A stretch of 64,000 bases of DNA, from positions 62,046-126,045 of the forward strand of contig JAOZFH010000026.1 of assembly GCA_027491415.1 (NCBI GenBank), read 5' to 3'. The translations under genes were made by a program, and so were the position numbers. Positions 9,901-19,692 of this stretch are shown here, one piece after another; the first letter of the stretch is position 1; each line of letters starts with the position of its first letter. Under the pieces are notes generated by a model that was not told where the DNA came from, did no database searches, and saw only the letters and a program-made list of their open reading frames with translations. The stretch comes from Thermoproteota archaeon. Its GTDB lineage: Archaea > Korarchaeota > Korarchaeia > Korarchaeales > Korarchaeaceae.

Positions 9901-11241
9901 ATGGTGTTGACGGGCGGGACGATGAGAGTAGTCGTCGTCGGGAACGGGACGGCCGGGCAGACGGCAGCCGGGTTCGCCAAGAAGGACAGCCCCGAGAGCG
10001 AAGTGATCGTCCTAGAGAGACACCCTTACCCATCTTACCACCCGTGCGCCCTGCCTTACGTGGTGGCAGGGGAAATTCCTCTCGAGAGCGTCGTTGACAG
10101 GGTTCCGAGGCCCGGTATAGAGGTCATCACATCAGCCGAGGTAGAGGGGATCGACCTGGAGGGAAAGAAGGTTCACTTCTCCAAGGACGGCTCTCAGGAG
10201 TCGCTGGAGTACGACGCTCTCGTTATAGCGACTGGGCTCAGGCCCACGAGGCCGCCGATCTCGGGGCTAGATCTCGAGGGGGTGCGGCTCCTCTGGGACG
10301 TTGAGGATGCGGAGTACATCCTGAAGCACATGGGGGAGCGGATAGTCGTCGTCGGGGGCAGCGCCACGGGCTTGGAGGTTGCCGGCGCGCTCGCTAAGGG
10401 TGGAAAGGATGTGTGGCTCGTCGAGATGATGGAGCAGCTCATGCCGGGCAAGGTGGACCCGCCGGTGGCTTCGACAGTGGCCAAGTACCTGCGCTCGCTG
10501 GGCGTGAGGGTGCTGCTGAAGTCTCCCGTCAAGGAGATCAGGGGGCCCACCGGGAGGGCCTCCGAGGTTCTGGCGGGAGACCATGTGATAGAGGCGGATA
10601 CCGTCATAGTCGCGGCGGGCGTGAGGCCGAACTCCAAGCTGGCGGCGGAGGCGGGTATACCCATAGGGGAGACCGGTGGAATCAGGGTAGACGACAGGAT
10701 GAGGGCCGCCCCCGGAGTGTACGCCGCCGGAGACGTGGCGGAGGTCTGGGAGTACGTCACAGGTCGGCCCGTGGTCACCGGGCTAGTTTCCACGGCCCTC
10801 GTTCAGGGAAGGATAGCTGGCCGAAACGCCGTTGGGGGGGGCCTGAGGTATCGCGGCGCCCTCTCTCCGTACGTGATTCACGTCGGAGATCGCCTGTTGG
10901 GCGGCGTCGGCCTGTCCGCCACTCAGGCCACGAGATGGGGGCTAGAGCACGTTACCGGCAGACTCTCTACGCTTGACTTGGAGAGGTTCGCCCCCGGCGT
11001 GGATAGGGTGCTCTCCTGGCTGGTTGCCACTAGGGAGGGGCGCCTGATCGGGGCTCAGTTCTGGGGTGCCAGGGAGGTGTGGGGGAGGGTATCATCGGCC
11101 GCGCTGGCGATACTGAGTGGGATGAGTCTTCAGGATCTCTTGACCACGGAGTTCGCCTATCACCCACTCCTCACGCCGGTCAGTGAGCCCTTGACCGTGC
11201 TCGCGGACAGCGTCTTGAGGAGGTTCAAGATGGCCCCATAG
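9901..11241 (+). CDS. FAD-dependent pyridine nucleotide-disulfide oxidoreductase (CoA-disulfide reductase/NADH oxidase family)
   Basis: VVVGNGTAG FAD site, SYHPCALPY redox Cys, VYAAGD, AYHP; start could be 9922. Confidence 0.88.
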   Translation: MVLTGGTMRVVVVGNGTAGQTAAGFAKKDSPESEVIVLERHPYPSYHPCALPYVVAGEIPLESVVDRVPRPGIEVITSAEVEGIDLEGKKVHFSKDGSQESLEYDALVIATGLRPTRPPISGLDLEGVRLLWDVEDAEYILKHMGERIVVVGGSATGLEVAGALAKGGKDVWLVEMMEQLMPGKVDPPVASTVAKYLRSLGVRVLLKSPVKEIRGPTGRASEVLAGDHVIEADTVIVAAGVRPNSKLAAEAGIPIGETGGIRVDDRMRAAPGVYAAGDVAEVWEYVTGRPVVTGLVSTALVQGRIAGRNAVGGGLRYRGALSPYVIHVGDRLLGGVGLSATQATRWGLEHVTGRLSTLDLERFAPGVDRVLSWLVATREGRLIGAQFWGAREVWGRVSSAALAILSGMSLQDLLTTEFAYHPLLTPVSEPLTVLADSVLRRFKMAP

Positions 11242-11250
11242 GGAGGGCAC

Positions 11251-12294
11251 TCATCCCGCCAGGTGCTCTGCCTCCCGGAGCAGGACCTCCACCGGGCTCT
11301 CGAGTAGGGAGAGCACGGGTCGAGGATCGACTCTGAACTCGTCGGGGTCGTGGACGATTCTCCCCAGGAGAGTCAGCGCGTCCCTCGGATCCCTGGATCT
11401 GAATAGGGGCAGCCCCAGGGAAGCAAGGAACTCGTCGACGTACAGTGGGTCTTCCAGCGGAAATAGAGAGATGGCGGGCGTCCCGAACATCGCCGCCTCT
11501 CTTGACATGGTGCCGCCCCCCGAGATGACGACGTCCGCAGTCGTGTATAGGGGGGCGGGATCAACCGCCCTGTCGGGGATCACGACGCGATCTCCGTACC
11601 TCCTCCGAAAGTACTCACTCTGGTCATCGTACCTAGGGAGGAGCACGACCCTGTACCCTCTGTCAAGAAGGAACCCGAGGCACGGCTCAACGACGCTGGC
11701 TTGGCCGGCTGCGCCGGTCAGATATGCCGCGTGAGACTCCTCAGGTCTAACTACGGCCAAGCCCCCTTCTCTGCGTCTACGTCGGAGTCGCTCCAGGGCC
11801 GGGAGAACCCAAGACACCTCGTCTACCCCGTAGTAGGGTCTCAGCGTCTCAGCCCTCGCGCCTAGACTGAGCCACCTGTAGGCGGGAACTGCCGCCGGGT
11901 AGACGAGGCGGTCGGTGAGGGGGAGAGTTAGCCTCCCCACATGTACGGAGTGGGGGGTGTCGTTCAGCGAGATCACCCTCACGCCGAGGCCAAATGCCAC
12001 CCTGACTGCCTCTGGAGAGGACAGGCTCATCAGGACGTGTGGCTCAAACTCGGTGACGAGATCGACTAGATCCAAGGCCCTGTGGGCGTACGCCTTGAGC
12101 TTTGAGAGCAGTTCCCTCCCTCCGTGTCTACCAACGGAGATGTGAGGGACCCCCTCCATAGAGAGAATCTGCGTGGTCTCTCCGTGGAGGCGGGTCGTCA
12201 GGAGGACCTCGTGGCCCCTAGATTTGGCGACTCGATAGACCTGAGAGAACACCCTGGCCTGCTTGGGGGTCATCACGTCTATCCAAATCCTCAA
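11251..12294 (-). CDS. DUF354 family protein (GT-B-like fold)
   Basis: MRIWIDVMTPKQ, GRHGG, NDTPH, GGGTMSREAA; TTG start overlaps the padR stop. Confidence 0.82.
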   Translation of the reverse strand: MRIWIDVMTPKQARVFSQVYRVAKSRGHEVLLTTRLHGETTQILSMEGVPHISVGRHGGRELLSKLKAYAHRALDLVDLVTEFEPHVLMSLSSPEAVRVAFGLGVRVISLNDTPHSVHVGRLTLPLTDRLVYPAAVPAYRWLSLGARAETLRPYYGVDEVSWVLPALERLRRRRREGGLAVVRPEESHAAYLTGAAGQASVVEPCLGFLLDRGYRVVLLPRYDDQSEYFRRRYGDRVVIPDRAVDPAPLYTTADVVISGGGTMSREAAMFGTPAISLFPLEDPLYVDEFLASLGLPLFRSRDPRDALTLLGRIVHDPDEFRVDPRPVLSLLESPVEVLLREAEHLAG

Positions 12295-12641
12295 CTCCCC
12301 ACACTCTCCTCTCCCGGTCCGAAGAGGGAGTTCACGAGGCTCCTCAGGAAGTTCTCTGCCTCCCTCAGCACCTCCCTGCCCTTGTCGGTTAGCTCGTAGT
12401 AGTTCCTGACTCTCCCTTGGCTGCTCTTCCTCCTCACTATGCGGATGTACCCGTCCATCTCGAGTCTCTTCATGACGATGTAGCCCGTTACGCGCGCAGG
12501 CTTCCAGCCAAATCTCTTCTCCATGAGATCCGGTATTTCGTAGGGGTACTTCGGCCCGTCCTTGAGTAGAGTGAGTATGTATAGCCAGAGGTTCTCTATC
12601 GTGAGCTTCCTCTTGAGCCTCTCGATGGGCGTAGCCATCAC
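12291..12641 (-). CDS. PadR family transcriptional regulator
   Basis: LWLYILTLL..GPKYPYEI, RNYYELTDKG wHTH signature. Confidence 0.88.
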   Translation of the reverse strand: MMATPIERLKRKLTIENLWLYILTLLKDGPKYPYEIPDLMEKRFGWKPARVTGYIVMKRLEMDGYIRIVRRKSSQGRVRNYYELTDKGREVLREAENFLRSLVNSLFGPGEESVGS

Positions 12642-13435
12642 CCCACGTATCCCGTCTCATCCGAACCGGTCGATGTCATGGAGGATATCTGCTCCTCGAG
12701 CTGACGTAGGATGCTCCTCTTCATCTCCTCGAACTCTCTTATCCTCCTTTCTATGCTCCCCAAGTTTAGTTGAAGGTTCAGGGCTGAGTTCAGAATCTTC
12801 AGAACCTCCCCTGCAGCCCTGAAGTCGGGGGCCGAGGTCTCGGAGACCCCCGTCAAGGAAACGTACGGCAGGTTAAAGAGCTTGGCAGACGCGAGAGTGG
12901 CTCCCGCCAGGCCGACTATGGACTTCATGGGAGTCTTCTCCTCTGCGCCGGCGGAGATGATCCTCTGGAGCAGGTCCGAATTGGTTCCAAAGGCCAGCAC
13001 CCGCCCCGCTATGTCCGGATCCGCGAAGCCGGTCACGACGAGAAGCGAGCTGGCCCCGAGGGACATCAATTTCCCCAAGAGCTTGGACGCGACCTCGAGC
13101 TGGCCCCAAGGGACCGGCTGGACCTGACTCGTGATCAGGAGGAGTCTCCCGACACTCGAGACTTTTTCTCTGGTGTGATAAATGTCGATCGAGGGCAGTT
13201 CGAAGCTGCCGTCTTCGGATATCGATATGCCGGCAACGTTACCCGGGAGGAACAGGTACTCCGAGTAAAGCCTCGCCAGCGGCTCGGCTCCCAGCTCCTC
13301 CGAGAGGTAGGTGACCACGCCCGCCCCGACGTTGGCCACCCCGGGATACCCGGCTATGGCCAGCCCGTAGCCCCCTGCCGGTTCACCGAGTATAGAGAAC
13401 TTCAGCCAGCCCATTTCGCCAACTACCTCGACCAA
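12638..13435 (-). CDS. PAC2/proteasome assembly chaperone family protein (second paralogue)
   Basis: GYPGVANVG, QVQP, IVGLAG, PDFRAA, C-terminal GYVG. Confidence 0.8.
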   Translation of the reverse strand: MVEVVGEMGWLKFSILGEPAGGYGLAIAGYPGVANVGAGVVTYLSEELGAEPLARLYSEYLFLPGNVAGISISEDGSFELPSIDIYHTREKVSSVGRLLLITSQVQPVPWGQLEVASKLLGKLMSLGASSLLVVTGFADPDIAGRVLAFGTNSDLLQRIISAGAEEKTPMKSIVGLAGATLASAKLFNLPYVSLTGVSETSAPDFRAAGEVLKILNSALNLQLNLGSIERRIREFEEMKRSILRQLEEQISSMTSTGSDETGYVG

Positions 13436-13450
13436 TCGTTGCCTCAGTTG

Positions 13451-14431
13451 CTAATAATTTGAGTTAGCTTGGGGTTGACGCGGAAAGAGGAGGGGCCTGT
13501 GGGCCAGCCCCTGCAGCTCCAGCTTCATTTGGCAAGTCTTGCAGATCTCACCAGTCGTTGGCTCACCGCACAGCTTACACGACCTTAACTCGACACCAAT
13601 CGCCCCGGAGGCCCTGACCTCTCCTATCACGGCCCACAGGCCCGAGAGTAGGTCCTCCTTGATTCCGGGAATGGCGAGTTCGAGCTCGTCGATCGACCTC
13701 CTGAACCCAACCCTCATGCCGGTGGTCAGGGGGCACTTGCCGAAGTGCGCCGGGAGGCCCAGATGGAGGGCGGCGGCCGCCACCTCCCTCTCCCTCACCC
13801 CGGCAAGCGGTCTGATCCTCGGAACCATGAGGGGGGACGGAGACCTTACCCCCTGACCGGACCTCACCATGGCGGGGACGTCACCCCGAGCCAGGTTCAT
13901 CAGGTGAGTCTGGAGTACGTCGTCTAGGTTGTGGCCGGTCGCCACCTTGGTGGCGCCCTCCTCCCTGGCCACCTTGTTAATGGCCCACCGCCTCAGGACT
14001 CCGCAGTAGGTACAGGCCGACCTCCTCCAGCGCCTGGGGAGGATCGACCTGATCTCCGCCACGTCTATCCCGTGGATGTCCCTCATCCCCACAACTACGT
14101 GCCTCACGCCCAGCCTTCGGGTCAGCTCGCGGGCGGCTTCTATGCCGGACCTTCTGTAAGCGGTCCCCTCGTCCACCGTGATGGCCATCAAGTCGAACTT
14201 CCTCCGCTCGACGCTCTGGTACTCCGACAAGAGGTACAGCGCGAGGGAGCTATCTTTCCCGCCCGAGAGCGCCACGGCGACCCGATCCCCGTCCTCGACG
14301 AGCCTGTCGAGCATCGAGAATACCCTTCTCCGGATGTCTTGAACGAGGCACTCGCCGCAGAGGTTCTCGTTGGTGCGATGAACCGTGTGAATGGCCTCTC
14401 TCAATCCACACCGGTCGCAGGCGGGACGCAA
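13451..14431 (-). CDS. ttuA: tRNA 2-thiouridine synthetase TtuA/NcsA (PP-loop ATPase)
   Basis: N- and C-terminal CxxC zinc fingers, SGGKDS PP-loop, CTYCG, TGHNLDD, KCP. Confidence 0.88.
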   Translation of the reverse strand: MRPACDRCGLREAIHTVHRTNENLCGECLVQDIRRRVFSMLDRLVEDGDRVAVALSGGKDSSLALYLLSEYQSVERRKFDLMAITVDEGTAYRRSGIEAARELTRRLGVRHVVVGMRDIHGIDVAEIRSILPRRWRRSACTYCGVLRRWAINKVAREEGATKVATGHNLDDVLQTHLMNLARGDVPAMVRSGQGVRSPSPLMVPRIRPLAGVREREVAAAALHLGLPAHFGKCPLTTGMRVGFRRSIDELELAIPGIKEDLLSGLWAVIGEVRASGAIGVELRSCKLCGEPTTGEICKTCQMKLELQGLAHRPLLFPRQPQANSNY

Positions 14432-14437
14432 GGCTCA

Positions 14438-14647
14438 TCACACGCCCGGGTGGTGCACGGTGATCCTGACGAACCTCACGTCGTCCCCATCGGAGAGGTA
14501 CATTCTCTCGGGCGCGGGAGATCCGTTCACGACGGGAACGTGGGCCTCAGGGTGATAGCCGAGTTCGCGCATGAGCTCAGATATCCTCATGTGGGCGTCG
14601 ACCGATACCTCCTCCCCCTCCAGCCGAACTCGAACCTGCCGCCCCAT
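14438..14647 (-). CDS. ThiS/MoaD-like ubiquitin-fold protein lacking C-terminal GG
   Basis: 69 aa MGRQVRVRLEGEE...VVNG...LSDGDDVRFVRITVHHPGV; beta-grasp pattern; directly upstream of ttuA. Confidence 0.75.
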   Translation of the reverse strand: MGRQVRVRLEGEEVSVDAHMRISELMRELGYHPEAHVPVVNGSPAPERMYLSDGDDVRFVRITVHHPGV

Positions 14648-14658
14648 TTGATGGGCCC

Positions 14659-15708
14659 TCACACGTCCTCGACGCCGCCCCCTGTGATCGCGACCTCCGC
14701 CGAGTCCTCTGGCAGGTAGGGGCTCTTGACCAGCTTGACCAGCCTGCGGTTCCCCTTGGCCCGCTTTATGTAGAGTCTGGCGGTCACCCCGTGCCCCAAG
14801 ACGTGGCCTCCCGCCGGCCTGTTGGGGTCCCCGAAGAAGGCGTCCGGCTGGGCGAGGACCTGGTTGGTAACCAGCACCGCCAGGTTGTACCCCAGGGCGT
14901 ACCTCAGGAGCCTGTGGAGGTACTTGTTCAGCTTCTGCTGACGCGCGGCCAAGTTCTCCCTGCCGACGAACTCCCCCCTGAAGTGGCTTATCAGCGAGTC
15001 CACGATGATCAGGCCGATGTCGTACTTCTTCAGGTACGGCTCCGCCTTCTCCGTCACGACCATCTGGTGGTCGGCGGTGAAGGCCCTGGCCACCAGAATG
15101 TTCTTCAGGGTAGTCTCCGGGTCGAGTTCGAACCTCTCTGCTATCTGAACGATCCTCTCGGGCCTGAATGTCCCCTCGGTGTCTATGTAGAGGCACCTGC
15201 GACCGAGACCGCCCCTCTCAGGCTGGAGCTGAACGGTGACGGCAAGCTGGTGACACAGCTGGGTCTTACCACTGCCGTAGGGCCCGTAGATCTCCGTTAT
15301 GGCCTGGGTCTCGACTCCCCCTCCCAGCAGGTCGTCTAGGGCCTTGGTGCCGGTTGTTATCCTCTGAACGCTCTTTCTCCTCTGGTAGTAGTCAAAGGCG
15401 GTCATCACATCGACCTTCAGTATCTTCCTAGCCGACGCGATGATCTTGCTGGCCGTGGACATCGGTATCCCGGCCGCGGCGGAGAGCTCCGCAGGGGACG
15501 TGAGGGCTATCGACTCGAGGGTCGTGAAGCCAGCCTCCGTGAGCCTCTTCGCTATGGTCGGCCCGACCCCGCTCAGGGTGGTGAGGTCGACCTCCTCGAA
15601 GGCCTCGGCCTCGTCCAGCTCGTCAAGCGGGGGAGACTCGGGCTCCTCTTGGGCCTCCTCTCCCCCTTCCCCCTCCTCGGGCTCCACCTTCTTCTTGGCC
15701 CTTGGCAT
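14659..15708 (-). CDS. radA: DNA repair and recombination protein RadA
   Basis: HhH N-domain, GPYGSGKTQ, YIDTEGTFRPER, VTNQV, GGHVLGH; start ATG at 15708. Confidence 0.96.
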   Translation of the reverse strand: MPRAKKKVEPEEGEGGEEAQEEPESPPLDELDEAEAFEEVDLTTLSGVGPTIAKRLTEAGFTTLESIALTSPAELSAAAGIPMSTASKIIASARKILKVDVMTAFDYYQRRKSVQRITTGTKALDDLLGGGVETQAITEIYGPYGSGKTQLCHQLAVTVQLQPERGGLGRRCLYIDTEGTFRPERIVQIAERFELDPETTLKNILVARAFTADHQMVVTEKAEPYLKKYDIGLIIVDSLISHFRGEFVGRENLAARQQKLNKYLHRLLRYALGYNLAVLVTNQVLAQPDAFFGDPNRPAGGHVLGHGVTARLYIKRAKGNRRLVKLVKSPYLPEDSAEVAITGGGVEDV

Positions 15709-15737
15709 CCCTGCTGCGCGGCGGCGCGGGGATAATA

Positions 15738-16400
15738 ATGTCGCGCGTGACAAAGTTTGACCAAATGAGAAGGCTTGCCGATGCCGTTCAGGAACTCGCA
15801 AGAGATCCCGAGGTCGGGAGAACGGTGAGGGAGAGGGTCAGGGAGTTCGAGGAGATAGGGCGAGGAGGCTGGAGGCTGTGGGCCAGAGAGCTGGCGTTCT
15901 GCGTCTTGGCCGCCAACTTCAAGGCCGTCGAGGCTTTCCGGATGGCTAGCCGCCTGTGGGAGACCGGCGCGCTCTTTGAGGCCCCAGTGGGCGAGGTCGA
16001 GGAGATCCTGCGATCCATGGGACACAGGTTCCCGAGGACCCGGGCCGAGTACTTAGTGTCGAACAGACCCCTCCTCCGGAGCATTAGGGAGGTGGTGCCT
16101 AAGCTGAGCTCTGAGAGGGCGAGAGAGTGGCTGAGGGAGAACGTGCGGGGACTGGGGATGAAGGAGTCCAGCCACTTCCTGAGGAACATCGGGAGGAAAG
16201 ACGTGGCCATAATCGACCGGCACATACTGAGGGTCATGCGCGAATATGGGCTCATAGGGGACATCCCCAGGAGCCTGACGAGGGGTAGGTACCTCCAGCT
16301 GGAGGGGATCCTTCGGGGGGTCGCCGCGGAGGCTGGCCTCAGCCTAGCCGAGCTGGACCTCTGCATGTGGTACATGAAGACCGGCTTCATCTTCAGGTGA
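15738..16400 (+). CDS. ogg: 8-oxoguanine DNA glycosylase/AP lyase (Ogg2 type)
   Basis: [40 protein letters not shown]; start 15738 or 15767. Confidence 0.9.
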   Translation: MSRVTKFDQMRRLADAVQELARDPEVGRTVRERVREFEEIGRGGWRLWARELAFCVLAANFKAVEAFRMASRLWETGALFEAPVGEVEEILRSMGHRFPRTRAEYLVSNRPLLRSIREVVPKLSSERAREWLRENVRGLGMKESSHFLRNIGRKDVAIIDRHILRVMREYGLIGDIPRSLTRGRYLQLEGILRGVAAEAGLSLAELDLCMWYMKTGFIFR

Positions 16401-16443
16401 GCCTGTTTATAGGTTAAACTCGCCGGCGAGCCTGGGTGAGCCC

Positions 16444-17442
16444 ATGAAGCCCAAGCTGTTCATGACCAGGGAGATCCCCGAGAGGGGCCTCAAGAAGATC
16501 AGGGAGCACTTCGAGGTCGATCTCTGGCCGGAGGAGGCCCCGCCCCCGAAGGACGTGATAATCGAGAGGGTCAAGGACAAGGACGCGCTCGTCTCGCTGC
16601 TGACGGACCCGATCGACGCCGAGGTGATGGACGCCGCGCCGAACCTGAGGATAATCTCCCAGTACGCCGTTGGATTCGACAACATCGACGTGAAGGCCGC
16701 CACCGAGAGGGGAATCTACGTAACCAACACGCCTGGCGTCCTGACTGAGACCGTCGCGGACTTCGCGTTCGCCCTCCTGCTGGCGGTCGCCAGGAGGGTA
16801 GTCGAGGCCGACCACTACGTAAGATCCGGCCAGTGGAAGGTGGCATGGCACCCGCTCATGATGCTGGGCACAGACGTGTACGGCGCGACCCTGGGCATCG
16901 TCGGCATGGGTAGGATAGGTCAGGCCGTCGCGAGGAGGGCCAAGGGGTTCGGCATGAAGATCCTCTACTACGACGTGGTGCCGAGACCTGAGATAGAGGA
17001 GGAGGTGGGCGCCAAGAGGGTGGACCTGGAGACCCTCCTCAAGGAGTCGGACTTCGTGAGCCTCCACGTGCCGCTCCTCCCCGAGACCTACCACATGATA
17101 GGGGAGAAGGAGCTGAGGATGATGAAGCCCACTGCCTTCCTCGTCAACACGGCCAGGGGCAAGGTGGTCGACCAGAAGGCCCTCTACAGGGCCTTGAAGG
17201 AGGGCTGGATCGCCGGGGCCGCGCTGGATGTGTTCGAGCAGGAGCCCATACCGCCCGACGATCCGCTGCTACAGCTCAAGAATGTCGTCCTCGCCCCGCA
17301 CGCCGCCAGCGCCAGCATAGAGACCAGGTCTAAGATGGCCGACATAGTGGCCGAGAACCTGATCGCGTTTAAGGAGGGCAAGGTCCCGCCCACCCTCGTC
17401 AACAAGGACGTAGTGAACGTGAGGCCGCCAGGCTTCGGTTGA
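16444..17442 (+). CDS. gyaR: Glyoxylate reductase (D-2-hydroxyacid dehydrogenase)
   Basis: [35 protein letters not shown]. Confidence 0.9.
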   Translation: MKPKLFMTREIPERGLKKIREHFEVDLWPEEAPPPKDVIIERVKDKDALVSLLTDPIDAEVMDAAPNLRIISQYAVGFDNIDVKAATERGIYVTNTPGVLTETVADFAFALLLAVARRVVEADHYVRSGQWKVAWHPLMMLGTDVYGATLGIVGMGRIGQAVARRAKGFGMKILYYDVVPRPEIEEEVGAKRVDLETLLKESDFVSLHVPLLPETYHMIGEKELRMMKPTAFLVNTARGKVVDQKALYRALKEGWIAGAALDVFEQEPIPPDDPLLQLKNVVLAPHAASASIETRSKMADIVAENLIAFKEGKVPPTLVNKDVVNVRPPGFG

Positions 17443-17508
17443 CGCGAGATTTTCCCTCTCTCCCTTTTTCTAGGCCCGAGACTGGCGGCCAGAGGAGACG
17501 AGGTTACC

Positions 17509-18609
17509 TTGGACTCCGGCGTCTACGCCCTGCTGATCTCTTGCAGAAAGGGGGGGGAGTACCGGGTCGGGGCACTCGGCAGTTTGAGCTTCGAGGCCGG
17601 CTACTACGCCTACGTCGGTCGGGCGATGAGGGGGCTGTCCGCGCGGATAAGGAGACACCTCCTCAGGCCGAGTCGCGTGAGGTGGCACGTCGACTGGCTC
17701 ACCAGCAGGATCGAGTTCGCCCCGATGACGGCCATAGTCGGCCGAACCGACGACCCCAGACTGGAGGACCTCCTAGCGGAGGAGGTGACGGGGGAGCCGG
17801 TCAGGCGGTTCGGGTGCAGCGACTCCCGAGCGGAGACGCACCTCAAGTACCTCGGACGGGACCTCACATCCGCCAGGAGGGAGTGCGAGCGCGCCGTGAG
17901 GAAGTTGGGGCTCACGCCGGAGTACTACGAGCGGGGTGATCTGGTCTTCGTGGACCTAGACGGCACGCTCTGCGACTACGACGTGAAGAGGCACGACGCC
18001 CTCAGGAGGCTCGCGCCGAGGTGGGGGGTAGACCCCGAGACCCTCGTGTCGGAGTACGAGGCCGTCAGGAGGGGGATCTACGCAGAGTTTGGGGACTCAC
18101 CGGAGAGGTACTCGAAGCGCCTGCTCTTTGAGAGGCTTAGGGCCAGGCTCGGCGCGATTCCCCCGCCGGAGGAGGCGGAGGAAGAGTACTGGCAGGAGGT
18201 CCTAGAGATCGTGAGGCCTTACCCAGACGTCGCGTCCTTGAGAGAACTCAGGGGGATGGGGATCAGGCTGGTGCTCCTTACTGACGGCATATCCCGCTGG
18301 CAGAGGGAGAAGCTAAGGGCAATCGGGTTAGAGCAATACTTCTAGGCGGTCCTTACGTCAGAGGACCTAGGGGTCAACAAGACGAGTCCGGAGGCGTTTC
18401 GTCGGGCCCTGAGGGTGGTGGGCGCGCGGCCGGATGAGGCGATCGCGGTCGGGGACGTCCTGAAGTCGGACGTCCTGTCGGCGCAGTCAGCTGGCGTGAG
18501 GGGGGTGTGGGTGAACAGGAGGGGGAGGGAGGCCGAGATACCCCTCGGCGCCCCCCAGCTCACGGATCTGTGGGCCCTCCCGAGGATCCTAGTGACCGGC
18601 AGTCGTTGA
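17509..18609 (+). CDS. DUF123/Uri-type GIY-YIG endonuclease domain fused to a HAD hydrolase; interrupted by in-frame TAG at 18343-18345 (recoded or pseudogene)
   Basis: GVYAL, GYYAYVG, RWHVDWL, FGCSD, then DLDGTL and LTDG; after the TAG the same frame gives AVLTSEDLGVNK..PEAF..VGDVLKSDV..AGVRGVWVNR. Confidence 0.82.
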
Positions 18610-19656
18610 GATGTTGAACGCCCTGGCTATAGTCAACCAGAGCGGCTGGTAGAGTATCCCCTTCTCGGTGACGATCCCCGTGAGCAGGTGGGGGGGCGTC
18701 ATATCGAACGCTGGGTTGTAGACATCGATTCCCTCTGGGGCGATCCTCACACCCCTCACCGTGGTAACCTCCTCCGGCCTTCTCTCTTCTATCCTCACGT
18801 CCGAGCGACTTGACTTCAGGTCGAACGTGCTGGTGGGGGCCACCGAGAAAATGGGGACGCCGTGCGCCCTGGCGGCAAGGGCGAGCGAGTAGGTACCGAT
18901 CTTGTTATAGACCGTCCCGTCCCTCAGGATCCTGTCGGCGCCGACGAGGATGAGGTCCACTCCCTTCTCGCGGATTGTGTGCGCGGCGGCCCCGTCGACT
19001 ATCAGAGTCACCGGTATCCCGGCGGCGTGGAGCTCGTAGGCGGTGAGCCTCGCCCCCTGCAGGACGGGCCTTGTCTCGAGCGCGATCACGGAGAACCTCT
19101 TGCCCTCGTCCCAAGCCATGTATATGGGCGCGGTCACTGTCCCGTACCACACGGTAGCCAGGGTGCCCGCGTTGCAGATCGTCATTACCGTCATCCCGTC
19201 CTCGATCAGCTCGGCTCCATGTCTCCCTATGGCCTTGTTGGCCTCCACATCCTCCTGAGCTATCCTCTCAGCTTCCGAGACGACTGCCCTCCTTATCTCC
19301 TCCGGGTCCCCGGACCCCGACGCGGACCTGGCAGCCCCCATGACCCTTTCGACGGCCCAGAAGAGGTTGACCGCCGTGGGCCTGGTCCTCCTCAGCCTCG
19401 CGGCCGCGGCCTCGAGATCCTCCATGAGACCTCTGGCGTCCATCGAGGAGGACGCTATCGCGACCAGGGCCAACCCATACGCAGCAGTGGCCCCTATGGC
19501 TGGGGCCCCCCTGACCACCATGGTCTCGATGGCGCGGGCCACGCACTCGACGTCTCGACACTCCACGAACCTGAGCTGTCCCGGGAGGGCCGTCTGATCT
19601 ATCAGAACGACCTTGTCGTCCTCCAGTCTGACAGTCCAGGGCAGAGCAGGTGGCAT
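18589..19656 (-). CDS. mtnA: Methylthioribose-1-phosphate isomerase
   Basis: IDQTALP, MVVRGAPAIG, TRPTAVNL, CNAG.LAT, ETRP.LQG.RLTA, NKIGTY, NPAFD. Confidence 0.9.
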   Translation of the reverse strand: MPPALPWTVRLEDDKVVLIDQTALPGQLRFVECRDVECVARAIETMVVRGAPAIGATAAYGLALVAIASSSMDARGLMEDLEAAAARLRRTRPTAVNLFWAVERVMGAARSASGSGDPEEIRRAVVSEAERIAQEDVEANKAIGRHGAELIEDGMTVMTICNAGTLATVWYGTVTAPIYMAWDEGKRFSVIALETRPVLQGARLTAYELHAAGIPVTLIVDGAAAHTIREKGVDLILVGADRILRDGTVYNKIGTYSLALAARAHGVPIFSVAPTSTFDLKSSRSDVRIEERRPEEVTTVRGVRIAPEGIDVYNPAFDMTPPHLLTGIVTEKGILYQPLWLTIARAFNISTTAGH

Positions 19657-19692
19657 CTCGCCTCCAACCTCCCGCGAGACGATCTGCGGGAA

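Noticed and set aside
13436-13453. ttuA TAG is in frame with the downstream PAC2 gene
   Set aside because: Both proteins look complete and unrelated; likely chance
14435-14440. Tandem TGA TGA as selenocysteine read-through between Ubl and ttuA
   Set aside because: A double stop with no Cys-equivalent context and no SECIS seen is better explained as firm termination
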